In this document: piece by piece, positions 51,977 to 64,000 of the stretch
Numbering within the stretch: the first letter of the stretch is position 1
Layout of the letters: the number at the start of each line of letters is the position of its first letter
Program-made: the position numbers and the translations under genes
From: Nitrosopumilus sp.
Lineage (GTDB): Archaea > Thermoproteota > Nitrososphaeria > Nitrososphaerales > Nitrosopumilaceae
Reading direction: 5' to 3'
NCBI GenBank assembly: GCA_963662625.1
Contig: OY759726.1
Span: 1,632,001-1,696,000, forward strand
DNA length: 64,000 bases
The notes under the pieces: generated by a model
Database searches by the model: none
Told to the model about the DNA's origin: nothing
What the model saw: the letters and a program-made list of their open reading frames with translations, nothing else

Positions 51977-54900
51977 GCTTCAATGGGGCCGTAACTTCTA
52001 CGTTACGGAAATACGGCGGTACAGGCCGCGACGTCCCAGGAGGGCCGGTGGCTTCAATGGGGCCGTAACTTCTACGTTACGGAAATAAGTGAACGTTAAG
52101 CGCGGTTACTCGGTAGGACAGACGCTTCAATGGGGCCGTAACTTCTACGTTACGGAAATCCGTACGCGCCGCAGAGGCAGTCGCCCGAAATCGAGCTTCA
52201 ATGGGGCCGTAACTTCTACGTTACGGAAATCCACGGCTGGGGCGGAGCGGTCCTCTACCAGGCAGTGCTTCAATGGGGCCGTAACTTCTACGTTACGGAA
52301 ATCCCGACGACTCCCCGGTCCGGTGCCCCCGGTGCCGGCTTCAATGGGGCCGTAACTTCTACGTTACGGAAATATCAGTCCGGCGATGTAGTCGTCACCG
52401 AGCTCGCGCTTCAATGGGGCCGTAACTTCTACGTTACGGAAATCATAGGATCCGTCCCGGAGCTGAGCGCCCTCCGACCGCTTCAATGGGGCCGTAACTT
52501 CTACGTTACGGAAATCAAGCAGAAGCCCAAGCTCAAGCAGAAGCCCAAGCAGCTTCAATGGGGCCGTAACTTCTACGTTACGGAAATTGGAAAAGAACGA
52601 CGTGCACCCCGACTGCTTCCTTTAGCTTCAATGGGGCCGTAACTTCTACGTTACGGAAATCCGGGAGCAGTGGATAACGGATCAGTACGCAGGCATAGCT
52701 TCAATGGGGCCGTAACTTCTACGTTACGGAAATCGAATCCGCGCGAGATCCTGGACTTCGCCGCGTGGGCTTCAATGGGGCCGTAACTTCTACGTTACGG
52801 AAATCGTAGCACCGGTCCGCGTCTATTCCCCTCGCCTGCCTGCTTCAATGGGGCCGTAACTTCTACGTTACGGAAATCGTTGAGCGTCTCGCGCTTTGCC
52901 CGGGCCCGCACAAGCTTCAATGGGGCCGTAACTTCTACGTTACGGAAATCTGCGCGTGGTGGGACGCATGGGGGAATAAGAACAGCTTCAATGGGGCCGT
53001 AACTTCTACGTTACGGAAATCCGAGACCAACCTGTCCGGGGGCGCGGACGGCCCGGCGCTTCAATGGGGCCGTAACTTCTACGTTACGGAAATACCACGC
53101 TTGGGTGGAGGCGGCCCCCTAAACGGGCGCTTCAATGGGGCCGTAACTTCTACGTTACGGAAATAGAGGCTGGGGCAGAGGGAATGTGACGTGATACAGG
53201 GCTTCAATGGGGCCGTAACTTCTACGTTACGGAAATGAACAATTTTACTTCTGGGGTGTTCATGAAGTCCTCGCTTCAATGGGGCCGTAACTTCTACGTT
53301 ACGGAAATAACGTCACGGCGGAGCTGCACCGCGCCCCGAAGCAGCTTCAATGGGGCCGTAACTTCTACGTTACGGAAATCCGGGTGCGGGCGGTGAAGAC
53401 CAAGCTCAACCGCATCTCGCTTCAATGGGGCCGTAACTTCTACGTTACGGAAATAAAATGTCCGGCGCATGGCCATCTATCCCGACTTCTCGCTTCAATG
53501 GGGCCGTAACTTCTACGTTACGGAAATTCCTCACCTTCAGGCACCGACCCCCAGGGGAGGATGGCTTCAATGGGGCCGTAACTTCTACGTTACGGAAATC
53601 TAATACCGCCGGGATCTCCTGCGCCGCCTGCGATAGGCGCTTCAATGGGGCCGTAACTTCTACGTTACGGAAATAGTGCGCAAACGGTGGTATGGCATGG
53701 AAGCAAGACGCTTCAATGGGGCCGTAACTTCTACGTTACGGAAATGTCTCAAAGCAGGTGTCACTTCAGGAAGAGAAAGGCCGGCTTCAATGGGGCCGTA
53801 ACTTCTACGTTACGGAAATGTTCCAACCATGCCTTTTTTCCGTAATGCCAAAATAGCTTCAATGGGGCCGTAACTTCTACGTTACGGAAATTCATGGCGT
53901 CCAAAAACTGCCTCTGCATCAACTCCATGCTTCAATGGGGCCGTAACTTCTACGTTACGGAAATCAAGGAGCTCCTGGTATACTCCACGATCGAAGTGGA
54001 GCTTCAATGGGGCCGTAACTTCTACGTTACGGAAATTCTTGAAGGCTTTGAACAACTACTGAAAAAGGAGGGGCTTCAATGGGGCCGTAACTTCTACGTT
54101 ACGGAAATCCCGACGACACCGTGCAGCAGACCCCGGAGGGGATACGCTTCAATGGGGCCGTAACTTCTACGTTACGGAAATCATAGCTGCCATATCGGAT
54201 GGCCTTGGCCTTGGACATGCTTCAATGGGGCCGTAACTTCTACGTTACGGAAATGACCGTGCTGGGCGCCCTCCGCGCGCGGCTGAGGCGGCTTCAATGG
54301 GGCCGTAACTTCTACGTTACGGAAATCCGTCCAGCGCTGGCTGGACGCGATGATGGTGGGCGGCTTCAATGGGGCCGTAACTTCTACGTTACGGAAATCT
54401 CAACGCTCTTCAAAGCCGCAGGTCTTAACTAATGGCTTCAATGGGGCCGTAACTTCTACGTTACGGAAATCCCTTTTTTATCCCCGGCGCGCAGGGACGG
54501 CATGGCAGCTTCAATGGGGCCGTAACTTCTACGTTACGGAAATCTCGCTGGGCCGCGGCTCCATAGCCGTGTCCGGCGCCGCTTCAATGGGGCCGTAACT
54601 TCTACGTTACGGAAATTACGCAAGTGGATCCGCCACCATGACCGGGCGGCGGCTTCAATGGGGCCGTAACTTCTACGTTACGGAAATGAGCTCTTGGGCC
54701 TCGAGGCGGCGCTAGAAAGTGATGCTTCAATGGGGCCGTAACTTCTACGTTACGGAAATCTGGAGTGGGACGGCAAGCAGTACGCCGCCACGGCGGAGCT
54801 TCAATGGGGCCGTAACTTCTACGTTACGGAAATCTTGTGCAGGCACACGACCCGGACTCCGCCCCACTTAGCTTCAATGGGGCCGTAACTTCTACGTTAC

Positions 54901-57900
54901 GGAAATCCAGCACCAGCGGCAGGGCCTGCCGCGCAAATACGCCGCTTCAATGGGGCCGTAACTTCTACGTTACGGAAATCAAATATCGCCGTTGACGCGG
55001 CCCTGACATACGCTGCTTCAATGGGGCCGTAACTTCTACGTTACGGAAATCCGCGGACTTTGAGGCGCGTTGGAGGGCGGGGGTCGCTTCAATGGGGCCG
55101 TAACTTCTACGTTACGGAAATCCACGGTCCAGGGTGACCGGGGCGAGATAGTGGTGGAGCTTCAATGGGGCCGTAACTTCTACGTTACGGAAATCTGACA
55201 TCATAGCAGAGATCCAGCCCAAACTCCAAGGCTTCAATGGGGCCGTAACTTCTACGTTACGGAAATTGTGAAAAAGTCGGCGGTGGCCCGCTCGCGCGAA
55301 GCGGCGCTTCAATGGGGCCGTAACTTCTACGTTACGGAAATCCGCCCAGGTCCCCGGGCGGCCAGCAGCTGCTGCTGCTTCAATGGGGCCGTAACTTCTA
55401 CGTTACGGAAATCGTGCGAGTACGGCGTGATCCCGCAAGTGTTGGAGTCGCTTCAATGGGGCCGTAACTTCTACGTTACGGAAATATTCCGTCGTGCGTC
55501 CCGAGCACGTCCGCGTATTGATGCTTCAATGGGGCCGTAACTTCTACGTTACGGAAATGTCAATCTTCATGGTTCGAAGGAGATCAGTCATGGTCTGCTT
55601 CAATGGGGCCGTAACTTCTACGTTACGGAAATTCCGATATCGCGTGGCCCTCCACGAAGAACTGCGGGGGCTTCAATGGGGCCGTAACTTCTACGTTACG
55701 GAAATGGCGGCGAGCAGCTCCATCCAAAAGACGCTAAACGACATAGCTTCAATGGGGCCGTAACTTCTACGTTACGGAAATGTCCTCCGCGCCGAGGTAG
55801 CGGAGAGAGTCGTCGCAGCTTCAATGGGGCCGTAACTTCTACGTTACGGAAATCATCATGGCGCGTGGGGGACCGAGGGCAGCCGGGGTGCGCTTCAATG
55901 GGGCCGTAACTTCTACGTTACGGAAATACCACGGCCCGGAAGCAATTGAACGCGGTGCTGATGCTTCAATGGGGCCGTAACTTCTACGTTACGGAAATCT
56001 CGGGGGTGCGGGCACCCCGGCAGAGTCCAGGACGAGCTTCAATGGGGCCGTAACTTCTACGTTACGGAAATATAAGCGCCTCTGGCTGGACGAACTGAGC
56101 CGCCTGCGGCTTCAATGGGGCCGTAACTTCTACGTTACGGAAATTGACGAGGACGACCATGCCGACGAGCCGTTCAGGTTTGGCTTCAATGGGGCCGTAA
56201 CTTCTACGTTACGGAAATCTGGCCGCCATGCCTGGCGGGGAGGCCGAACTGGACCGCTTCAATGGGGCCGTAACTTCTACGTTACGGAAATCGGGCGCGG
56301 CCCGATCCAGAGCGGGCGGGTCCTGACGGCTTCAATGGGGCCGTAACTTCTACGTTACGGAAATCTCATGACCGACGCGGAGCGCGACGGCGTACTAGCC
56401 GCTTCAATGGGGCCGTAACTTCTACGTTACGGAAATTGGGAGTGCGCCGGGCGGAGCTCGACGCCGATGCGGAGCTTCAATGGGGCCGTAACTTCTACGT
56501 TACGGAAATCGCTGGCCGACACCGCGCTGGGGGGCGAGCTCGGGAGGCTTCAATGGGGCCGTAACTTCTACGTTACGGAAATTCGGCAAACGTCGTGGTG
56601 TTCGTCTCCGGGGCCGCCGCTTCAATGGGGCCGTAACTTCTACGTTACGGAAATCTCCGCCTGGCGACATACCCGTCGGGCGCCGTGAAGCTTCAATGGG
56701 GCCGTAACTTCTACGTTACGGAAATGGCGGCCCAAAACTTCCCAAGCTGACCGAGTCGGAAGCTTCAATGGGGCCGTAACTTCTACGTTACGGAAATCCC
56801 ACACGGCGATCCAGCCCAGCATCACCACGGGCAAGCTTCAATGGGGCCGTAACTTCTACGTTACGGAAATATGGCAGACGACATTGGCGCGTGGGTCAGC
56901 ACCCTCCTTGCTTCAATGGGGCCGTAACTTCTACGTTACGGAAATCTGCGTGACGACGTCACCAAACAGTTTCACATTTAGCTTCAATGGGGCCGTAACT
57001 TCTACGTTACGGAAATGTCCTTTTTTTCTTCGCCGTCGCGGTCCAGGTGCGCGGCTTCAATGGGGCCGTAACTTCTACGTTACGGAAATCTGACCCATCA
57101 ACTGCTCATAACTCGGTTGGAAGGTGCTTCAATGGGGCCGTAACTTCTACGTTACGGAAATCGCGCCGGTGCCGCTGTCCGCTGGCGAATCACTGCAAGT
57201 GCTTCAATGGGGCCGTAACTTCTACGTTACGGAAATCGCCGCGACCCGGCCCCGCACTGGTCGGGCGAGCTGGGCTTCAATGGGGCCGTAACTTCTACGT
57301 TACGGAAATACCGACATGCCGGTGGAGCGCGTCCCCGGCCCGTACGCTTCAATGGGGCCGTAACTTCTACGTTACGGAAATGTCGGGCGTGGTGTATACC
57401 GTCACCGTCACCGCGACGCTTCAATGGGGCCGTAACTTCTACGTTACGGAAATCGTCCCGTTCCCGGGCGCGCCGTTGGCATCGTACAGGCTTCAATGGG
57501 GCCGTAACTTCTACGTTACGGAAATCACGCCGGCGGGAACATGGCAGACGCCGCGTCTTGGCAGCTTCAATGGGGCCGTAACTTCTACGTTACGGAAATT
57601 TGAACTTGGGAACCTTGACTCCATCCGGTAAATGTGGCTTCAATGGGGCCGTAACTTCTACGTTACGGAAATGCCGTCAGGCATCGCCTCTCTGCACGGC
57701 GCGCGCCAGGCTTCAATGGGGCCGTAACTTCTACGTTACGGAAATAGGCTAAGGCCCGACCAGGACACCAAGTCGGAACAGCTTCAATGGGGCCGTAACT
57801 TCTACGTTACGGAAATCTGGTGCTGGAACACCGGGACCTTGACCGCGGTGCCGCTTCAATGGGGCCGTAACTTCTACGTTACGGAAATTAGACAGGAAGG

Positions 57901-60900
57901 AGTCGCGGCGGCTGGCGAAGGGCAGCTTCAATGGGGCCGTAACTTCTACGTTACGGAAATTTCTGTCGCGTTTTCCATATGCATGTGAGAGTTGATGCCG
58001 CTTCAATGGGGCCGTAACTTCTACGTTACGGAAATAGTTCGCCCGCGCCCGGTATTCCGACGGCATGGACATGGCTTCAATGGGGCCGTAACTTCTACGT
58101 TACGGAAATCGGCAACGGCATCACGGTGCAGGTGCTGGCTCCGTCGCTTCAATGGGGCCGTAACTTCTACGTTACGGAAATGACTTTGTGACGTGCCCGT
58201 CCTCGTCGCGCGTGCTCGCTTCAATGGGGCCGTAACTTCTACGTTACGGAAATGACAGGAAAAATACGCCGCCGGGTTCCGCTACATGGCTTCAATGGGG
58301 CCGTAACTTCTACGTTACGGAAATAAGGCTGGGAATCTCCGTGCGGGCGCTCGGCATGATGCTTCAATGGGGCCGTAACTTCTACGTTACGGAAATAGGG
58401 AGGAGGGTGCCTAGTGCACCCCTCCGACTCTGGCTTCAATGGGGCCGTAACTTCTACGTTACGGAAATAATATCACAATAATCCAATATATTCGGTTGTG
58501 CCAGCTTCAATGGGGCCGTAACTTCTACGTTACGGAAATCCCGCGGGGGCCCCGTTGGCAATGCTCGCCGTAGCTAGCTTCAATGGGGCCGTAACTTCTA
58601 CGTTACGGAAATCATCATAATCTTCTGGAAATGCGAGCCTAATCGGGATGCTTCAATGGGGCCGTAACTTCTACGTTACGGAAATCACCAGACGGGGAAC
58701 GGAACAACGCGATCGCGTAATAGCTTCAATGGGGCCGTAACTTCTACGTTACGGAAATGTGATGGACGGGTGCCAACTGGATTCCCCCGAACTACGGCTT
58801 CAATGGGGCCGTAACTTCTACGTTACGGAAATTGGGGTGAGCGTGGGAATGACCGCGTCGTGCCGCCGCGCTTCAATGGGGCCGTAACTTCTACGTTACG
58901 GAAATCTGCGTGACGACGTGAGCAAACAGTTTCACCTTTAGCTTCAATGGGGCCGTAACTTCTACGTTACGGAAATGCCATGACGACGTGGAGGGCCTGG
59001 GTGCTCAGGCACGGGCTTCAATGGGGCCGTAACTTCTACGTTACGGAAATCTCCTCGACGCATACGAGTGGCGGGTAGTATTGCTCGCTTCAATGGGGCC
59101 GTAACTTCTACGTTACGGAAATCCGCGACGGGGTGCACCCACGTCGGCCCAGAGTGTGAGCTTCAATGGGGCCGTAACTTCTACGTTACGGAAATTTCAC
59201 CAGGTCCGCATTCGTGACCTTCCCGGCGTCGCTTCAATGGGGCCGTAACTTCTACGTTACGGAAATGGGCATCCGGCACGCATGTACGCTATCAGCTCGC
59301 CGACGCTTCAATGGGGCCGTAACTTCTACGTTACGGAAATTTCCGTCGTGCGGCCCGAGCACGTCCGCGTGCTGCTGCTTCAATGGGGCCGTAACTTCTA
59401 CGTTACGGAAATCGCCCTGAAGTCCGTCAAACTCGGCAAGCTGAGCCTGCTTCAATGGGGCCGTAACTTCTACGTTACGGAAATGGGGGGTTGAAAATTG
59501 GGAGTCTCTGGTCACGGACGGCTTCAATGGGGCCGTAACTTCTACGTTACGGAAATCACATTTACAAGATGGAGTCGAGGTTCCCGTCATCGCTTCAATG
59601 GGGCCGTAACTTCTACGTTACGGAAATCCGCGCCATACCCGCGTTGCCCGCGCCACCGGAGCCGGCTTCAATGGGGCCGTAACTTCTACGTTACGGAAAT
59701 ATCCGCTCCTACCAGCGCGCCCACAAGCGGTTCCTCGCTTCAATGGGGCCGTAACTTCTACGTTACGGAAATCGGCTGATCGCCTCGAAGGCACCACCAC
59801 CACAAGAAATGCTTCAATGGGGCCGTAACTTCTACGTTACGGAAATCACGTCGCAATCCTCATGCCAGGACGCCGCCCCCTCGCTTCAATGGGGCCGTAA
59901 CTTCTACGTTACGGAAATTGGCCATGCGCTCCTTCTGCTCCTGGGCGTATTCATCGCTTCAATGGGGCCGTAACTTCTACGTTACGGAAATCACGACGAT
60001 AGGCAAGATGCTGGAGCAGGCGTTCGGTGCTTCAATGGGGCCGTAACTTCTACGTTACGGAAATCCGCCCGTCGCGGCCCTGAATCCCGGCACCACGACA
60101 TGCTTCAATGGGGCCGTAACTTCTACGTTACGGAAATGACCAGATGCAACACGCGCTCGACGATGCTGTTGGCGGCTTCAATGGGGCCGTAACTTCTACG
60201 TTACGGAAATCAAAAAACGGCTCACCCGTGAGCAGAAGGCGCTACGGCTTCAATGGGGCCGTAACTTCTACGTTACGGAAATTCGTCCAATCAGGTGCGT
60301 GCATTCCTCGCGCACCTTCCAGCTTCAATGGGGCCGTAACTTCTACGTTACGGAAATGCCAAGCTCAGTGCTGAACTTTGTCGCGACGCTCATCCGCTTC
60401 AATGGGGCCGTAACTTCTACGTTACGGAAATGGCCGCGTTTTTTGACGCGATGGCGCGGCTCGGCATCGCTTCAATGGGGCCGTAACTTCTACGTTACGG
60501 AAATCGCCGGGACCACCGGCGCGGCAACGTCATGGTGGCAAGGCTTCAATGGGGCCGTAACTTCTACGTTACGGAAATATCCCCTCCACATGGAAGGCCT
60601 GTTTGCGACTGGTGGGCTTCAATGGGGCCGTAACTTCTACGTTACGGAAATGACGCGCAGATCGCAGATATCTACCAGCGCGAGTATCCGCTTCAATGGG
60701 GCCGTAACTTCTACGTTACGGAAATTAGACAAGTGGTTGGTTCGGGTACCGCCGACGTGGGGGCTTCAATGGGGCCGTAACTTCTACGTTACGGAAATTG
60801 TGGAGGCAAGTGATTACGCCGCGGCGTTGCGCGGCGCTTCAATGGGGCCGTAACTTCTACGTTACGGAAATCAGGAGAAGGATTTCTTGTGGACTCATTG

Positions 60901-61742
60901 CCCCGTAAGGGCTTCAATGGGGCCGTAACTTCTACGTTACGGAAATCTGCGCAAGCGCATGATGCTGGATGCCGAGTACCCGGCTTCAATGGGGCCGTAA
61001 CTTCTACGTTACGGAAATAACGCATGGTGCGCCTTGCCCACCAGGCGGCGCGCGGCTTCAATGGGGCCGTAACTTCTACGTTACGGAAATGCTGGCCGGG
61101 CCATTCGCCGGCCTGACAGACCCCGTGCTTCAATGGGGCCGTAACTTCTACGTTACGGAAATCCGCCGGAGGGGGGCGACTCCGTCGAGATGTTGGCGCT
61201 TCAATGGGGCCGTAACTTCTACGTTACGGAAATGATTCAGGCGGGCCTGTATGCCAACTTGGGCCAAATTGCTTCAATGGGGCCGTAACTTCTACGTTAC
61301 GGAAATCAGCAGACCCCGGAGGGGATACGCATCCCCCCGGGGCTTCAATGGGGCCGTAACTTCTACGTTACGGAAATGGTTATGTGTCTATCGGTCATGG
61401 GCGCAACGTATGAGCTTCAATGGGGCCGTAACTTCTACGTTACGGAAATCGGCAGGAGGGGCAGTATTTCATTTGTTGCCCGTCAGCTTCAATGGGGCCG
61501 TAACTTCTACGTTACGGAAATTGGACACGGCCCACCTCATCTCGGAGGGGGAGGTAAAGGCTTCAATGGGGCCGTAACTTCTACGTTACGGAAATCAAAA
61601 TTATCCATCAGTCTTCCCTGGTTTCCTTGGCTTGCTTCAATGGGGCCGTAACTTCTACGTTACGGAAATCCCTCGACCTCGCGCAGGTGTACGAGGTGAG
61701 GGGAAAGCTTCAATGGGGCCGTAACTTCTACGTTACGGAAAT
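51977..61742 (-). CRISPR. Type I-G CRISPR array, about 135 repeats of 36 bp (ATTTCCGTAACGTAGAAGTTACGGCCCCATTGAAGC), spacers about 34-40 bp
   Basis: Hand count; internal stem CCGTAAC/GTTACGG; 3' ATTGAAGC; truncated terminal repeat at 51925-51938 marks the trailer. Confidence 0.99.
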
Positions 61743-61917
61743 CCTGCCGCCGCGCCGACATCTGCCGCCGCGCCTTTGGTTTTCGGACGGTTCAGGCCCG
61801 GCGGCGGCGGTTTCGGCCAGCCGGGGAAGCGCGGGGCCGCGCTCCAGGCCTTCCTATATAAGATTCCTGCGAGCGCCGGCGCCTGCGCGGGGCGGGCCGC
61901 TGCTTCTCGCGGCCGGC
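61743..61917 (-). promoter_or_regulatory. CRISPR leader with TATA box (ttatata near 61856-61862)
   Basis: Lies between cas2 and the first repeat; the only AT-rich box in the interval. Confidence 0.7.
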
Positions 61918-62205
61918 TCATATCACTATGGCGGCCTCCCTCTGCATGTCGAACGCGGCCCCGATGGTGCTGATCCTGCCGCCGCTCCTGTCCGCGGGGC
62001 CCACGTTGACTATCAGGATCCTGTCCTCTGCCAGGTTGAGCAGCCCCTCGAGGTCCTCCCTCATGATCACCACCTCCTTGTCGCTGAGGTCGCACGCGAA
62101 CACGGAGTACTGGACGGGATCCCCGTACCCGTTCATCTTCTTGTACGTCTGGGCCAGCCTCTTCTGGTCTGCCACGTCGTAGCACACGAGGTACCTGTTG
62201 CGCAA
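61918..62205 (-). CDS. cas2: CRISPR-associated Cas2
   Basis: YLVCYDV, VQYSVF, EDRI. Confidence 0.95.
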   Translation of the reverse strand: MRNRYLVCYDVADQKRLAQTYKKMNGYGDPVQYSVFACDLSDKEVVIMREDLEGLLNLAEDRILIVNVGPADRSGGRISTIGAAFDMQREAAIVI

Positions 62206-62209
62206 CCGC

Positions 62210-63868
62210 TCACCTCGTCCTGAACGCCGGGTATGCCGGGATCTCGCCGAGGACGTGCCTCGACAGCAGCCTTGCCTGCGTCTCCATGATTCGCCTGTAG
62301 CTTGCGGCGTACCCCAGGACGGGGTGCGCTATGGAGGAATCCATCCGCCTCTCGTACGCGCGTATCACCGTCCGCCTCCCGCCGTCAGTGAGGCTGACGC
62401 CAAACCCAGTCCTTACCAAGTCAGATGTGGTGATCTCGCCGTTGTTGATAAGTGTGATGCAGACCGAGTCGGCCACTATGGGCCGGAACTCCTCGATCAG
62501 GTCCAGCGCGAGCGCGGGCTTGCCGTACTTTGGCATGTGGAGGTACCCCATGTACGGGTCAAAGCCCACCGCGCTCACGGTGGTCATTGCCTGCCTTGCC
62601 AGCATCGAGTACAGGAACGACAGCATGGCGTTGACGGGGTCTAGCGGGGGCCTCCTGTTCCTCCCAGCAAAGTCAAAGTCCATGGAGCCGGACTTTACCA
62701 TGCCCGAGAACTCCGAAAAGTACATGCGTGCCGCCATCCCCTCTATGCCCAGGAGGGTCTTGTAATGCCTGGCAAGACGGGCGCGCTGGGCGAGCCCGTC
62801 GATCTCGCCTATCTTGTCCCTCGGGGGATCCCTGTGGTTTCTCCGCAGCATCGTGGCGCAGTTTCTTGCCTTCGCGAACACCATCTCGCGGGCTATGGCC
62901 ACGGACGCCGCCCCGTCCGCGTGCTTTCTGTGCTGGCATGCGCGGAGCTCCACGTTCTTGTGAGCCATGCCGGTGGTCATGCCGGTGAACCACCCGCCGT
63001 ACGTCATGTAGCATATGGGGATTCCCCTGTTGCACAGCTCGCGCACCGCCTGCGTGGTCACCTGCACGTTGCCGAAGACGGTGAGCTCGGAGACGTCGAT
63101 CAGCCTGACCTTCCTCACCTGCTCGTCTTTTTTCACGTGCAGGCAGTCGCCGTGCTTCGACACGTACGATCCCTGCTCCTGCACGTACATCGGGACCGCG
63201 TCGTTCCTGGCAGGGTACATCCTGCGCACCCTCCCCCGGTCGGTATCCCCGCCGCCGCCCGAGAGCATGGCGGTCTCGTCAGGCAGGCATATCCCCACGA
63301 GCGAGCAGCGCGGGCACTTTGGGCTGTCTACCAAGGGGGGCGGGATGGCGCCATTCCCCGCCATCTCCCTCATCTCCTTTAGCATCAGGAGCGTCTTCTC
63401 CACGGTCCCCTCGTCCAGGTCCACCTCGACGCGCTGCCTCGATGCGATATAGTAGACTATCCCCTTGGTGCATGTGTACCCGTTCGCGCGGAGCAGCAGC
63501 CCCTGCGCGCACACCTGCACCACGTGATCCTCGTGCGTCCTGCCCGGGTTCTTCGGGACCGTCCCGCGCTTGTACTCCACCGGCGTGGCCACGTCCCCCT
63601 CGATCTCGAGCAGGTCCATCTTGGATATCATCCCGAGCCCGGCGTCTGACAGCGTGATGGACCTCGCGTGGATCCTTTCGCCCCCGCCCTCGGGCTTTCC
63701 CGCCCCGGACTTCCTGTCCACGTTCCTGTGGCCGTACCTGCCCTCGACCACCTCTGCGTTATACGCGAACTCCCCCTGGACCCACTCCATGTACGCCAGC
63801 CGCTTGCAGTACGCGTACTGCGAAAGCATCCTGACTGGCACGAGATCGGGGCCGCCGATCTTTGGCAT
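62210..63868 (-). CDS. cas1: Cas4-Cas1 fusion
   Basis: Cas4 part: YAYCKR, VEYKRG, CPRCSL...C; Cas1 part: LLGIEG, RNRRPP.DPVNA.LSFLY, LALDLIEEFRP. Confidence 0.95.
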   Translation of the reverse strand: MPKIGGPDLVPVRMLSQYAYCKRLAYMEWVQGEFAYNAEVVEGRYGHRNVDRKSGAGKPEGGGERIHARSITLSDAGLGMISKMDLLEIEGDVATPVEYKRGTVPKNPGRTHEDHVVQVCAQGLLLRANGYTCTKGIVYYIASRQRVEVDLDEGTVEKTLLMLKEMREMAGNGAIPPPLVDSPKCPRCSLVGICLPDETAMLSGGGGDTDRGRVRRMYPARNDAVPMYVQEQGSYVSKHGDCLHVKKDEQVRKVRLIDVSELTVFGNVQVTTQAVRELCNRGIPICYMTYGGWFTGMTTGMAHKNVELRACQHRKHADGAASVAIAREMVFAKARNCATMLRRNHRDPPRDKIGEIDGLAQRARLARHYKTLLGIEGMAARMYFSEFSGMVKSGSMDFDFAGRNRRPPLDPVNAMLSFLYSMLARQAMTTVSAVGFDPYMGYLHMPKYGKPALALDLIEEFRPIVADSVCITLINNGEITTSDLVRTGFGVSLTDGGRRTVIRAYERRMDSSIAHPVLGYAASYRRIMETQARLLSRHVLGEIPAYPAFRTR

Positions 63869-64000
63869 GCTCACCCATGTCCATGCGGGCCAGTGCTAAA
63901 TAAGTGCGACCCGGCACCAGCCCGCGCAGGCGCGGCCGGCTCGCCGGGGGCCTGGCCCGCGCGCACGCGCCGCCTATGCCAGCATCAGGAAGACTGGAAC

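Noticed and set aside
51977-61742. Self-targeting spacers
   Set aside because: Only short chance similarities were seen (e.g. the spacer near 55267 with the IS481 end); no full match by eye, and the rest of the genome is not visible
52089-61779. Many short ORFs containing LQWGRNFYVTE, FNGAVTSTLRK or FRNVEVTAPLK
   Set aside because: Translations of the CRISPR repeat, not genes
1-64000. tRNA or rRNA genes
   Set aside because: No cloverleaf/T-loop or rRNA signature recognised by eye; a covariance-model scan would be needed to exclude them fully

Overview
GC-rich archaeal chromosome segment. Gene content (purP-type enzyme, purS/Q/L/F/C, tatA/C, CBS-TrkH, IPxWxK-motif secreted protein, TATA promoters) points to Nitrososphaerota/Nitrosopumilaceae; a Cenarchaeum-like host-associated lineage is an inference. 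Bases 1-26.3 kb are mostly core genes, interrupted by a decayed Fic/Doc-TPR module, nested IS elements and a DUF285 surface protein. Bases 26.3-34.4 kb are accessory or eroded DNA with repeated palindromes, an ATPase, hicAB and IS remnants. Bases 34.4-64 kb are a type I-G (I-U) CRISPR locus on the minus strand: cas4-cas1 fusion, cas2, leader, an array of about 135 repeats (hand count) and two complete, divergent effector modules (csb1-csb2-cas3-csx17 and csb1-csb2-cas3-csb3) separated by MNT-HEPN and two IS. Main findings: (1) three clear and one older 37-38 bp duplications flanking 33-35 bp inserts outside the array, with the same period as the array, which fit natural off-target Cas1-Cas2 spacer integration; (2) a dual I-G effector system on one array; (3) strongly directional A>G/T>C erosion of non-functional DNA; (4) a perfect 25-bp hairpin replacing the trailer repeat; (5) spacer pairs recording variant targets with seed-region changes. 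All calls are by eye; no database searches were run.
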